Positions 10,854-22,696 of a stretch of 64,000 bases of DNA are shown one piece after another (position 1 is the first letter of the stretch; the number at the start of each line of letters is the position of its first letter). The stretch is from Blastocladiella emersonii ATCC 22665. Lineage: Eukaryota > Fungi > Blastocladiomycota. A program made the translations under genes and the position numbers. The stretch is taken from the NCBI GenBank assembly GCA_025594325.1, contig JANHCV010000014.1, forward strand, positions 62,001 to 126,000. The letters run 5' to 3'. The notes beneath the pieces were generated by a model, which saw nothing but the letters and a program-made list of their open reading frames with translations, made no database searches and was not told the origin of the DNA.

Positions 10854-13676
10854 ATGGAAGCGAATGAAGTCCTCGTCGGAGTTGCCGAGTTTGCGCTGTG
10901 GCAGACGGCCACGCGACTGCTCGTCGTCGCAGTCGTGTCGCGCTTCGTCTACTTTGCCGTGTTTGCGTCGCGCCCAGGCTTCGGGGTGGCGACCCGCATC
11001 TCGCTCATCGACACGGTCAAGTCGCTGCTGGCGTTCGTGAGACGCAATGCGCTCCGCCACGGCCGTCGCCGCCGCGTCCTGCTCGCGCTCGCGCTGTTCC
11101 TGCTCTCGCTGTCGGGGCTCGCCACCGATTTCGCCGTGTCGACGCTGTTTGCGACCTACGTGCGCTCGCGCGAGATCGAGGTCGTCTGGGTCCGCCCGAC
11201 CAACACGCTGCGCCGCCAGTACCTGCCCTCGGCCGAGTTTGGCGTCCCCATCTTCCGCCACGCCGTCAACCAGGTGCTCGCCCCGCTTGTCCGCAGCAAG
11301 TACCCGAGCTCTACGGGCGCGTGGTTCCGCGTGTTCGGCACGCTGTCGGACGTGGACGTGGCCGCCGCGCGTATTCCCGGCCGGTGCGGCGACGTGGCCC
11401 CGCCGCCGCCGCCCAACGGGTCCGAGCCGCTCACCAACGGTGTCGACCCGGCCCCGCTGACCTACGACCCGCCAGCCGACTCGCCGCCGGGCGTCGTGCT
11501 CATGGAGAGCGCGAGCGCGCGCCAGCCCACCGTGTTCGGGTACCAGCAGCGCATCGTCACGTTTGGCCTGCTCACGCTTGACGAGGCGCGGCCCGACGGG
11601 TTCGTGTTCATGCTGGCCGCGCTGCCGATCCCGCTCACGCGGTCGGCGCAGTCGTCGGGCCTCGTCCGCCCCGTCTCTTCCTCTGGACCGAGCGGGCTGT
11701 GGACCGTCATGGGTCTCGGCGCGGGCCAGTCGAGTCGACAGCAGCAGTCACCCGACATGGGCAACGGAGCCGCAACGTTGTCGTCGCGTGCGTCGCACGT
11801 CGGCGTCACCAGCCTCGGCCCGACGCTCGCCGGGTACGAGCAGCAGTGCGGGCTCACGCCGGACGAGGTGCGCGCGTGGCTCGAGAAATACGTCAACACG
11901 CCCAACACGACCGAGGTCGCGACCGACCGGTACTACGCGCTCGGGCAGAACAAGACGCTGTCGACGCGCGTGGGCGTCTACTACGCCGACGAGACGGCGC
12001 AGATCCAGACCAGCACCGTGACCGGGTCGACGGTCGCCACCTTCTTCGCCGTCGACTCGGACCTGCTGAGGCGCGGCGAGACCGAGTTCCTCACGTTCGG
12101 GTCCATGATGACCGAGAACCCGCCCGCCGACAAGCTCACGTCGCTCGTCACGGCGTCGGACCACGCCAACCTGCTCGCGCGCGCCGCCGTCCCGCGGGAA
12201 AACCGCACGGATGCCGGCGCTGCGATTCCCGTGTACAACACGACACACGTCGCCGTGTCGAGCTTCCGGTTCGCGTGCAACGAGACGTACTCGGGCACGG
12301 GCGCCTTCTTCTTCGACTACGACGCGGTGCCGCCGCGCATCACGCTGCGCAACGACACGGACGCCAAGGTCGTCACGGGCGCGAGCGACGATCCGCTCGG
12401 GTGGCTGCGCGACCTGCCAGCCAGGGCGCGGGCTCGCGCACGCAAGCCCGACCACTGCACCATCTGGCTGTCGGGCGCGGCCTCGTCGTACACGAACCGC
12501 ACCGTGGCGACGCCTGCGGCGCTGCGCGAGCTGCCCGTGTCGTTCCTGAGCGGTGCGCAGGTATGTCGCACCAGGATGACCACGTACGTGAACCCGCTGC
12601 CCGCCTTTGACAAGCGGTTTGGCGAGGATGACGGCGGGCTCCAGGCCGTGTCGCGGCCCGGCGATTTCGTGGTCGCAGTCCAGGACGAGCCGCAGGAGCG
12701 GCCGCTCGACGTGCGGTGCATGGACCCCGAGGTCGTGCAGCGTGCCTCCGCTGCTGCCGCCGCTCGTCGTGGTGACGCTCCTGACGATTCCGCGCCGACC
12801 AAGGTGCCGCACCCGTGGCTCGGGCTCGCGTCGCTGACGCAGCTGCTGGCGAGCGACGACGCCACGGACTCGCGCGCCGGGTGGGGCCAGGCGCGCGTCG
12901 ACAGCATCAACTCGGGTGGGCTCGCGGCCGAGGGCAGCGCGGCGTACCCGACCTGGATGGACCCCGACGGCCAGCAGCTGTATTCGACGCGCGTCGTGCG
13001 CATCGCCGTGTGGGAGCTGCTCGCCTCGGCGGGCCTGTTCGTGCTGCTCGTCGCGCTCGGGCTCAGCCGCCTGCCGTCCATGTACTCGACGGTGCTGCCG
13101 CAGCTGTACTCGAACGCGCTCATCGAGCCGCCCGCGCGCACGCGGCGCCGCGCCGCCATGGACGAGGAGGAGACGGTGGGTCGGACCGATTTCGCCGTGG
13201 GCCCCGACGCGACTGCGTTCATTGACTGCGCCGACCCAGCCGAGCAGGCCAAGCGGCACAGCGTCTCGCGGTTCGACCTGACGCGGCCGACCGTGTTCGC
13301 GCTCGTCGAGTACCCGCACGGCGCCGACCCGACGTCGCCGCTGCCGTTCCCGTCGCACGCCGTGCTGCTCGTCGACGCGGACCAGCGCTCCGTGGTGACG
13401 CCGTTCGGGCTGGTCCCGCTCGCTGCTGCCGCATCATGTGCGACTGACGTGGCGGACTCGTCGTCGGCCTCGCTCATGAGCTCGCCCACCCCGAGCACGG
13501 CGACGCTCGTCGACCCGGACATTCAGCTGGTGCCTCAGGCCAAGCCGCTCGAGGGCGACTCAGGCGAGCGCACCCCCGTACCCGCCGCCGATCGGCCGAC
13601 GGTAATGTACACGTCCAACAGCTACAGCCGCGTGTACCGCCGCCTCAAGCAGCGGCTCGACGAGCTCGACTTCTAG
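10854..13676 (+). CDS. 940-aa single-exon integral membrane protein of unknown function
   Basis: Long ORF with strong GC3 bias; 2-3 N-terminal hydrophobic segments, a large domain with many N-x-S/T sequons (NGS, NTT, NKT, NRT, NET, NDT), then one more hydrophobic segment (IAVWELLASAGLFVLLVALGL). Confidence 0.8.
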   Translation: MEANEVLVGVAEFALWQTATRLLVVAVVSRFVYFAVFASRPGFGVATRISLIDTVKSLLAFVRRNALRHGRRRRVLLALALFLLSLSGLATDFAVSTLFATYVRSREIEVVWVRPTNTLRRQYLPSAEFGVPIFRHAVNQVLAPLVRSKYPSSTGAWFRVFGTLSDVDVAAARIPGRCGDVAPPPPPNGSEPLTNGVDPAPLTYDPPADSPPGVVLMESASARQPTVFGYQQRIVTFGLLTLDEARPDGFVFMLAALPIPLTRSAQSSGLVRPVSSSGPSGLWTVMGLGAGQSSRQQQSPDMGNGAATLSSRASHVGVTSLGPTLAGYEQQCGLTPDEVRAWLEKYVNTPNTTEVATDRYYALGQNKTLSTRVGVYYADETAQIQTSTVTGSTVATFFAVDSDLLRRGETEFLTFGSMMTENPPADKLTSLVTASDHANLLARAAVPRENRTDAGAAIPVYNTTHVAVSSFRFACNETYSGTGAFFFDYDAVPPRITLRNDTDAKVVTGASDDPLGWLRDLPARARARARKPDHCTIWLSGAASSYTNRTVATPAALRELPVSFLSGAQVCRTRMTTYVNPLPAFDKRFGEDDGGLQAVSRPGDFVVAVQDEPQERPLDVRCMDPEVVQRASAAAAARRGDAPDDSAPTKVPHPWLGLASLTQLLASDDATDSRAGWGQARVDSINSGGLAAEGSAAYPTWMDPDGQQLYSTRVVRIAVWELLASAGLFVLLVALGLSRLPSMYSTVLPQLYSNALIEPPARTRRRAAMDEEETVGRTDFAVGPDATAFIDCADPAEQAKRHSVSRFDLTRPTVFALVEYPHGADPTSPLPFPSHAVLLVDADQRSVVTPFGLVPLAAAASCATDVADSSSASLMSSPTPSTATLVDPDIQLVPQAKPLEGDSGERTPVPAADRPTVMYTSNSYSRVYRRLKQRLDELDF

Positions 13677-13835
13677 ATCTCTCTGTGTAAACAATGCTTG
13701 TGTGTGTTCAAAAGCGACGCGTCGCGATATCATGTGAGCGCCGCCACAACAAGGCGAAAAAAAGTGTCTCCGCGATGTCTCCGCCCGCCATCGCTTATCC
13801 CCCCAACCCCACCACGTATCACCACAACCACTGCC

Positions 13836-14750
13836 ATGCATACATCACTTCTCGCAACGCTGCGCGCTCGGCCATGGGCAGCCGCAACTGCAGCCGCGAC
13901 CGCGACGGGCGCCGCGTGGTATCTCTCGGCACCGTACCGGCGGCCCGATCCGTCGCCCACGGCGTACGGACCCGTCACCGTCCTCAAGAACGACCCAACG
14001 GGCTCCACCACGCGCACGCTCACCCTCGGCCTGCCCTCGTCGCTCGCGCGCCGCGTCGCAGCGTGCCCCGTGCCGTTCCACTTTGACGTCAAGAACGCCG
14101 ACCTGATTGTCGCCCGCTCCTACACGCCCGTCGGCATCGACCGTGCTTCTGAAGCAGGCAGCGCGACCGCACAGGTCCTTGTGAAGCGGTACCCGGTCGG
14201 CGAGACGTCCAAGTGGATGCACCGCCGCCAGCCTGGTGACGAGATTGAGCTGTGCGGCCCGCTGCACGACTGGGTGCTGCCTTCGCCTTCCGACGCCGGC
14301 TTCGCCGCTTCATCGGAACCCGCGACGCTCGGCATGATCGCGGGTGGGTCTGGCGTCACGCCGTTCCTGCAGATCCTCGAGGCCGCGCTCGAGTCGCCCG
14401 CCTCGCCGGCGACTGCGGCGGCGCAGGCGTGGCCAAAGTTCTCGCTCCTGTACCTCGCGACGGACCACGACGCGATGCTCGGCCGCGACCGCCTCGACGC
14501 CCTCGCCGCCGCGCACCCGGACCGCCTCCGCGTCACGTACCTAGTGCCCGGCCGCCGCCAGCTGTCGGGCGACGTGCTCCGCGAGTCGATGCCTGCGCCC
14601 GGCCGCGGGCTCGTCGCCGTGTGCGGTCCGGACGGCATGATCCGCACCATCGCGGGTGACCGCGGCCGCGAATACGGCACGCAGGGTCCCCTGCGCGGCA
14701 TGCTGCGCGAGCTCGGGTACTCGGCCAGCGAGGTCCACAAGATGACATAG
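13836..14750 (+). CDS. NADH-cytochrome b5 reductase family flavoprotein (MCR1/CYC2-like), mitochondrial-type N-terminus
   Basis: FAD motif VARSYTPV, NAD motif MIAGGSGVTPFLQIL, CGPDGM. Confidence 0.9.
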   Translation: MHTSLLATLRARPWAAATAAATATGAAWYLSAPYRRPDPSPTAYGPVTVLKNDPTGSTTRTLTLGLPSSLARRVAACPVPFHFDVKNADLIVARSYTPVGIDRASEAGSATAQVLVKRYPVGETSKWMHRRQPGDEIELCGPLHDWVLPSPSDAGFAASSEPATLGMIAGGSGVTPFLQILEAALESPASPATAAAQAWPKFSLLYLATDHDAMLGRDRLDALAAAHPDRLRVTYLVPGRRQLSGDVLRESMPAPGRGLVAVCGPDGMIRTIAGDRGREYGTQGPLRGMLRELGYSASEVHKMT

Positions 14751-15129
14751 ACGTTCTTTGCTTGTTCATTTTGATGGGACGCAAGCTTGAGAATGTGCGC
14801 CAGGGTGAGGGCTGAGAGATATCACCTTCGCAGCGAGACAGACGGACATCCAGACAAACAATTTATATGTCACACAACGAAACGACAAGGAAGAAGCCGC
14901 TAGACATGCGCGAGACGAGCACGTCAAATTACTGAGACCCGCCCTTGGCCACGGCAAGGAACTCGGGCGACTTGGTCGCCAGCGGCTCGACGCGGCGGAG
15001 CTCCTTTTCAATAGCAAGAGCCGTCACCTCTGGCGACTCGCGCTGGTGCTTGGCAAGCATAGCCGCAATCCAGGACGCGTCCTTGACGCCATCAAGCGCG
15101 CCATCAGGGACCAACACCCAGAACGCAAG
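13993..15129. repeat. Left copy of a near-identical inverted repeat (partner 62864-64000)
   Basis: Position x pairs with 77993-x at both ends, so there is no net indel. The translated ORFs are identical in the ORF track apart from one V/A change near the breakpoint. Confidence 0.97.
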
Positions 15130-17386
15130 AGGGACGCGCCGTTCCTCGTCACACGCTGCGAGAGTTGCAGCCAGCTCGTGTTGGGCAAGGAAACGGAAAG
15201 TCATAAGTACGCGTGATACATGGCCGCCTCCGCACTCGCACTGATTGTCGTCCCAAAAGCGCCAACGTGGCGAGATCGCTTCGGATGTCAAGGGAGAGGG
15301 TTGTGCAGGGGTTGGTCGGTCAAAGCCGCTCCAGCAGATGTCCAACGCGAGCTCGGTCGGAAACCAGTTCGAGTCGTCCCCCGTGGCGGGCGCGAGCTGG
15401 TGTTAAGTTTCCATGGCGACAAACCACAATGCGCTGGATTGGAGGTCACAAGTGCGGGCACCCGCGCGCCAGGGTCCGACTGGAAACGTGTTCGTGTGTG
15501 ATTCGTCGTCGAGTTGACCCAACAACATCGCAGCAAGGAATGCTCGCGCAGTCCCATCCTCGCGTATGAGACTAAGCGCTGCGTCGCGAGTCCTGGGGTC
15601 ATTCAAGATAACTGCGGGGAGCCACGAAAGGTGCATGATTTCCGGGCAGCCGCGTAAATCCAAGTCAATGAGATACACGTTCGCCATGCGAAAGAGAAAC
15701 CACAGAACCACAAGTCGATGTTGGTCGTCGAATCAAAGACTCGACCGACAACTGAAAAACCATAGATATACCAGTCATTCTCGCAGGGGTTTGTCCCATC
15801 ACGTTGCAGCGAAATGATCTCGCTCATTCGATCAGCAAGCTCAACGACGAAGCGGTCGTTGGGCTCATTGCCAAGATGTCGAAGTGCGAAGCAGAGGATG
15901 TTGTCGAAGCTGCGCTCGTCCTCAAGGCAGCTTTGCACGCTGCGATGGAAGGCTACACGAGGCTAAGAGTGAGAACCAAACCAGGAGGAGAGTCGCACAA
16001 AACCACAACTATCGTACCTTCAATAACAGCGTCCTCGAATCGTGGACCAAGATGGTCGACTGCAAAGGTGGCAAGCGGCCCCGTTCCCGTGTCGTCGTCT
16101 TGAGCAGGGGACAGCATGATGATGTAGCCCCACGACACTTCATTGAGGAAGCCAAGCTCGTCCAGGAGCGCAATGTCGGCCATACTGATGGCCTGCGTTG
16201 TCAAGCACCAGCGCTCAACATTGTCGGAAATCCTGTAGGCATCAAAATTGTTGATGCCTTCGGCTAGACGACCGTGCAGTTGACGCGCTGCGTGAATCAG
16301 AAGCTCGGGGGTATCAAACCCGCTCAGGAGCGCTGCAAAATGGGAGCCTTGAGGTGTTCGAAGCAGGCCTGGCTGGCATGTGCTGAAGAGGTAGTCAAGA
16401 ATCGGAATCAGGCAGGCCGCGGGCACGTTCTTCCGCGGGAGGTTGCTCAATGCGACGGACGTCAGCGAGTTTGGACCAAGAGCGTGGGCAAGCGGATGTG
16501 GATCGAGCCCAAAGTCCGCCGTGCCAAGGCTTTGCACAGCGTTGAAAATGGGAAGGTTCCACGTCGCGACTGCGAGTGAATACAAGTGGCCGATGAATGA
16601 GACCTGCATGGAGTCCAGGCTAAGCAATCTGTCGTTATCCAGGACCAGCGGCTTGAGAAGCTCGCGCGTTTGCAGTGAGAGCACCCACCATGCGAATGGA
16701 ACAAGTTTGACCCTGAGGAGAGCCGGAGCACAGTTTGCAATCCTGGCAAGGAGAATCTTGAACTGATCGGCATTCCAACGTAGGACTCCGTCAACTGCGA
16801 TCCGAAAAAGCGAAGGTCCAGGACGGGCATAGCAAAGCGGGAACTCTACGTCGCGAAACGCTTGAGCGTATTCACCGCTGGGAAAATTCATAAACTCGTT
16901 CATGATGTAGAAATAGAGCGCTGCCGAACCATAGCTCTTCGGGTATCGGTGGCAGAGATCAAAGACTAGACCCTCCAGGAGAACAAGAAGTAAATCAGGG
17001 CTGGGAGTGACGACCCCTGTGAGAGGAGTGTCACGCTTCGAGTTAAGAAAGAACTGATTGAGAACTGGGCCCAACTTGTCCAAGGGCTGCGCTCTACGAG
17101 CACGGGCGTACGCGTCGAGTAGCTCCGGATGCGCGTGGCGGGTGAGCACAGCGGGCGCCCACACGCTCTGAACACCGCGAGTGCGAACGATTCCGGCCAA
17201 CACACTTGTCGAAGTGCACAGGACTGACCGCGGGAGCGCTTGTTGAAGAACAACAGCGAGGGCCACGTCGGGAAGCCAGGCAAGTGAGGAAGGCGCCTCC
17301 GGCGGCAAGGTCGCATCGGCAATTCCACTGGCCGGGCTGACGCTGTCCATGCTAGCAAGATTACGTTGCATCAAGTCCGGTTTCAT
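14936..17386 (-). pseudogene. Family-1 paralog C, disrupted in exon 2
   Basis: Exon 1 is ORF 15953-17386 (LAWLPDVALAVVLQQALPRSVLCTS). An 8-bp tandem duplication (15698-15713) shifts the frame, and there is an in-frame TAA at 15403-15405. The C-terminus VPLAFWVLVPDGALDGVKDASWI matches A and B. Confidence 0.75.
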
Positions 17387-17679
17387 TTCATTCGCTGTTC
17401 ATCGGTGTAGGATGGGTATGCGCAGAGCGGGAGCCAAGGCGCCGGAGCACCGCGTTTCGAAGTGGCGCGCCTTCGACGCGCGCCGCCCTTCGCGCCGCCG
17501 CCTCGACGCGAGAGAGATCAGTCCGTGTGACCGACCAGGTGACCGCTATATGTCTGGCTGAGGAGGCAGCCGCACGGGTTGCGCCGAGCGCGCCGCTCTC
17601 TCTTGTCAAGCAGTGTAACCACCGTCAGCTCTTGCCCGCTTCGATGAAAACTTCATGCAAAGAACCCAACTTGCTGACT

Positions 17680-20600
17680 ATGACCCCTACGAACGCGTCG
17701 CTGTTCGGAAAGAGTCCGACGCTGCTCCCGTTTGGTGAAAGCCGGCCGATGAACCAGCTCCGCTACCACACCGTTGCAAGCGGCGACACGTTTGATGTGC
17801 TCTTATGTGATTCCCACGACCTGCGGCACGTTGGATGCACGCTGCACAGCGCCGTGCAGAGCGGCATCGCGCATCAAATCGACTTCCACTTCCACGACTC
17901 GCAGCCCGAAGTTCTTGCTCGCTCGCTTATGATCTTATTTGCCCTGCGGACCCGCTGTGGTGACCTCGCTGAAGCCAAGTTCGCTACTTACGTCGCCCAG
18001 CTCACCTACTCGCACGACCTTGACCCGACCGTTGCCTCGTTTTGGGAGTCCATCATGCACTTATGCCTCGATCACGACTGGCTCGGTTCTTCTTCCCGCG
18101 TGCGCGTTCACACCGAGGGCACCATGCGCGAGGTCCAGCGGTGCTGGTGGGCGTGGCTCGCCACCAAGTGGACGACTGCCGATTTTGCCAAGCTTCGCAC
18201 CGAGGCGATGCCGAGTAATAATGGCTTGGCCAAGCCCGGATCTTCCCGCGTTGCATCGCGCTTACCCGAGTTGTCCGAACGGTACAGCGACGGACTGCCA
18301 TGGACTTCGCTTTCGCGCCTGACTTGCGCTGCCGATCGGCTTACTCAGACGAAATCGTGTTTCATTGACGCGAGGGACGAGCACCCTAGTCTATGCGTAA
18401 ATCCGACCATGTTTCACGTACGCAGTGACGGGTCCTTCACTTATACCGTTCCTCCCGAGTTGCGCGTCTACAGCGCTTTCTCGATCGATTTTGACGGTGC
18501 TACTTGCGACTCGAGCATGCTAATCGAGCTACAGGAATGGCTTGGTGCGCTTCGCCGCGTTCTCTGCGCTGATTTGGACTACGCGTCAACACCTGCTGCT
18601 GCTACTCAGTCTGGTCTCGTTACGTCAACCATCATGTTAACCGACGCGTGTGGCAACCAGCCACCTGGTCGCATGTGACCGACCGCGCACCTGTTCCTGC
18701 GCCGCCTGCTGCCCGCGGCGGCGCTCCCTGCATTCGCATCCACGCTCCCCTCACCCCGCCTTGGGTTCGGGGCCGGAGGCAGGAATACACATCCCTGACT
18801 AGCTGTATCGTGGTCTCCTCGTGTCCCCCTCCTCGCCACGCTACACATCACTTTTGGGTGCGGTAATGCCATGCAGTATCTCGAGGAGCTTGTTGCCGAC
18901 AAGGATTGCAGATTTGACGCCATTGACGCAACACCGCTCATCGACACTCATGGTCTCCTGAACACGCTGATCCATGGTTCACCGCTCCTCAAGTCGCACC
19001 CGGTCGACCGACGCTCGCTTCTCTTCACTTCTACCACGAACGGGGCCAACCTTTGCGGCACTCACCTTGGTTATTTGAAGTTTTCGACTGGTCTCGACCC
19101 AGCTCATTTCCCAACCCTTTTTGGTGTTGGTCTTGTCGAGCTTCCTTGTTCTGAATCATGGATAACCTGCGTCCAGCCATTTCTGTGGTCGATTCCGCAG
19201 CAGCGCGACTCGAAGCGCGCCATGTTCGCGTACACTTTTTTCAAGCTGCCTGCGCCTGCGGTTGTTGTCTCGCTGTCAGAATCCGAATTTTTACTTTTGG
19301 GCCTCAAGAGTTGTCTCACAACGCTCCTGTCCGAGCGCGCGTCGCGGACCCATCAGCTAGGTACGGAGCCCGCCTTTAATTTACTCGATCTGATCCTACA
19401 TGTACTCACTAACGAGCATTCTACCCCTCAACATTGTAGCTGGCGCCTTCCCAACGGGTGCCTTCCTTCCCAAATTGCTTGCGTATGCGTTCGCCTCGGG
19501 ACGCCTCGCTTGGACAGGAGAGGAGCCACACACGTCCATCCCGTGGCCAGAGATGCCCGATTTCTGGCGCGAGGTCGAGGAATGTGTTCCGAGCGTGTGG
19601 TTTCCCGAACTTCTTGCACAGGCGCAGCTCCACGGATTTCCGATTTTCCATGAAACTACCAGCGCATCGAAGGTTTGTCGCCTCAAGACAACGGTTTCGC
19701 TGCTCAACCCAGCACCGTACGGCGGAATTCTACTTGCCCTCACGAACGGCCACCACGCTTTTCGATTTGATTCGGTCCATACCATGCGCTCGGCCGATGG
19801 GCTCAGCGTCACGGTGACCGCGTACGCGCCTCTGAATCTTGTTCTGTCAACTTCAACTGCTCGTCATCTCCGCGGCGCCGTGATTCCAATGTACGCTTTC
19901 GAAAACCAGCAACACTCTGGGCGGGGCGCGTACACAACGGTCGTTTCGTCGTTCAGCACTCCCGAACAGGCCATTGCGGATATGAATCCCACACCGATTC
20001 CCGTCTACTCGCAATGCAGTGCCATTCATGGGATCATTGCCTACTCGGGCTCCGTCCGTCCTTCGCTCCGTTTGTGGCCTTTGCCTGTCTTGAGCCTCCT
20101 GGAGAGTGGCAGCGATAGTGCGGCCCTCATTCTTGACTTGCCGCGCGTCTTTAAGGCTGCCAGCATCACCGAGCTGACCAGACTTGATGACATTGCTTCC
20201 AGCCGTGGCGCCGCGGGACTCTGCATCAACGGCAAGGTGTGCCAGCTTGCTCTTCCCTTCACCGTTACCGTGACTCAAATCGACATTGATCGCAATGAGC
20301 TGTGCGTGATTGTGCACCTCGAAAAGGTGTCGACACACGCTGCGTTGGCTTTGTCCATCGATCCTGTTATTCCGCGTTCCCACTCTCGCGCTGCTGCACC
20401 GCTTTGGGCTGGCAAACGGTCCTTTTGAATCGCAAATAGCCTTCTGAAGCGTTTCGCGGACGATCTCACGCTTCCCCTGGATGTGGGGCGCCAACACAGC
20501 CAGTCTCGATACCTCCTTGGCTCGCAGATCCTGGCGCAGTTGGTGTCGTCAATGGTATGCGGTTTGTTCTTTGCCCACGCACGCGGGCATCGTCTCTTCG

Positions 20601-21103
20601 AATTCAAGCGGCGTAAACCAGATGGCAGCGACAAGCCGATCATGCTCCTCGTCGCGGGCGAGCTGTATCTTGTTGCGCCGCTGAACAGCATGCAGGAACC
20701 AACGCCCGCCTTTCACTGCAGCCATGTGGACTTGCTTTCGCAGAAAAGTTTGCTGTCCGATTTGGCTCGTCTCGCCGCTGCAGCGCAGCAAAATAGGGCT
20801 TTTGGGCTCGAGCTTGGGACCGCGGACGCCAGCAGCCACCGGGTTGGCTGGATGGAGTGCGAGCCGTCTCCAATCCTACTCCAAAGCTGTACGGACGCGA
20901 GAGCCGAAGACATGCCTCCCATCGCTCCTTACTCAATTGTAGTGAGCGCAAGCGTGGCTGTGGCGTTCCGCGACTACCTCCGGTTTACCGCGCGTCCCGA
21001 TCCAGGACGTGAGCCTGTTACGGTTCTTACCTCCTTGAATGTGCCACTCTTGCACAGCGAGTTGACACCTGTCTTTCCGCTCGTTGGTTCCTGGGTGCAG
21101 TGA
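17680..21103 (+). CDS. DUF4470-domain protein (family usually carries a C-terminal zf-MYND); multi-exon, one in-frame TGA
   Basis: FDVLLCDSHDLRHV...FHFHDSQPEVLARSLMIL and ITFGCGNAMQYL...FDAIDATPLIDTHGLLNTL resemble DUF4470 proteins. Phase-compatible introns about 18670-18802 and 19361-19439. TGA at 20426-20428 is in frame with the downstream ORF. Confidence 0.65.
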
Positions 21104-22610
21104 TGGGAGTCGAGAGTATGATAATTTTAAATGTGTTGATTGTCCGTACTTTTTACTGTGCTCTGAGCCTCATTGGTGAGAGCGCGAAGCTACGCGAGCA
21201 TTTGAAAATGACGCGTTGCGCCACAACGTGACCTGATCAAGTTTGATCTCTGTCGTGCCTCTGGCAAGAGCGTTTCTCTGCCCCTGTCCAATCAGCGTCA
21301 TGCAAGCTCCGCACCTATAACAAGTTTTCTCCTCCATTCACCTTGCATATCACCAAGGCAGAACTTTTGTACGTCAAAAAGACGTACGACGACCGCAACG
21401 ACGAGTCGCCTTGCCTCGCTCGTCCGCCCCCTGACGCGCTAACCGGTGCAATAAAGCTTCTTTATCATGTTCAGTATCCAGATGCGTTCCATGGAGTTAG
21501 GCCGCTTCATTGGCTCGGTGGCGCTGAAACTTTGCCCGCAGCCAAGCACCGCAAGCAACTGGCCCGTTCTAGTTGGCCTCAACGTTAACTCCTGGCCTGA
21601 GCCCACGCGTGCCTCAACTTTCTCGACGTCCTCAAATCCCGCCAAACACAACAGCAACGTCGACACTGGCTCGCCCGCTGACTCGCCGCCGACTGTCCGC
21701 AACTGCCGTACCTCAGGCCAGCAGTTGGGTAACAGCGGGAACGAGCCGCTCATTGCCATTTTGGGGCGCAAACTCAAGTTTTTTTGCTGGCTTCGCCGCT
21801 AACGAAGCCGTGACCCGGCTTCTGTGCAATCAATCCACCACCCCAAACTGCACCTGCACGGCCGCCCGTCCAGCCTCCGCGACGCGCTTCTTGCGTATTG
21901 CTACCAAATTGGACCGGTCTGATGCAGCTGGTGCCCAAATCGCAGCGCTCTGCGCCGTCCGGCGCACACGCGTTGTCAACACCACGCGTTGCGGACGTGA
22001 CGGGCGAAACAGTTTCGCTTCTGCCTTCCACCACAACCTCGGGTTCGTGTTCATTGCGGCCCCGAATGAAACGAGGCACAGTCGAACGGTGAGAAGCAAG
22101 AGCGCAAGGAACACACTCGTAGTTAGTACCGCCATGGATGGCACTCCAATGGGAATCGAGAACGATCCGTTCATAGAGATTGAGTGAAACCAGCAAGTAA
22201 GCGGTGGACGCGTCGTGCCACAACGCTGCACGATCGGAATTAATCGATGTGTAAAGGATGTTCATGTGCTCGCTTGCTCAAGACTGATATGCACCGCACT
22301 TGCTACGGGCATTGTAGCATACTGCCTGATACGGCGCCAGAACCTCAGGGTCGACGTCAGGTGGTTCGTGCATCGGAATCCCTTCAGCAACGAGTTGTGG
22401 CCCGAAAGTGCAATCGGCGGGAACCCACAAAGTTGTGAGAGTGTGTCTTGGACCGAGGGATGGTCGCGAAGGGGCAAGCCACTCCGCGCGGCGGTCAGCA
22501 TACACGGTGGCGGTCAGCGACACTCCCAGACGCGTTTCCTGCTCTAACTCCTTCCCCTGATGGCCAAAACATGATTTGAGACATGATATGGATAGCTGGA
22601 AGAGCCAAAA

Positions 22611-22693
22611 CGATGGCGGTAGGGTTCGAACCTACGCAGGCAGAGCCTAAATGCTTTCAAGGCATTCTCCTTAGACCACTCGGACACGCCACC
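22611..22693 (-). tRNA. tRNA-Ser(UGA), intronless, long variable arm
   Basis: GGTGGCG/CGCCATC acceptor stem, D-arm TCCGAGTGGTCTAAGGA, anticodon arm AATGC-CTTGAAA-GCATT, variable arm AGGC-TCT-GCCT, T-loop GGTTCGAACCC, discriminator G, followed by TTTT. Confidence 0.97.
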
Positions 22694-22696
22694 GCT
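22680..22696. repeat. Target-site duplication, left copy (TCGGACACGCCACCGCT)
   Basis: Identical 17-mer at 25735-25751; the flanking bases differ on both sides. Confidence 0.93.

Noticed and set aside
5752-15405. Stop-codon reassignment: two premature TAA codons both align with Leu in paralog B
   Set aside because: TAA terminates MINDY, calmodulin and EMI1 in this window, and both genes have independent frameshifts. TTA-to-TAA mutation is enough to explain it.
10450-17470. Shared AAGTGGCGC motif upstream of paralogs B and C and ORF 10854 (E2F-like)
   Set aside because: Short GC-rich word in a GC-rich genome; enrichment cannot be assessed by eye.
21300-22550. Possible degenerate minus-strand gene (LRR/F-box-like fragments)
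   Set aside because: Short ORFs in several frames with no motif I could align convincingly to families 1 or 2.
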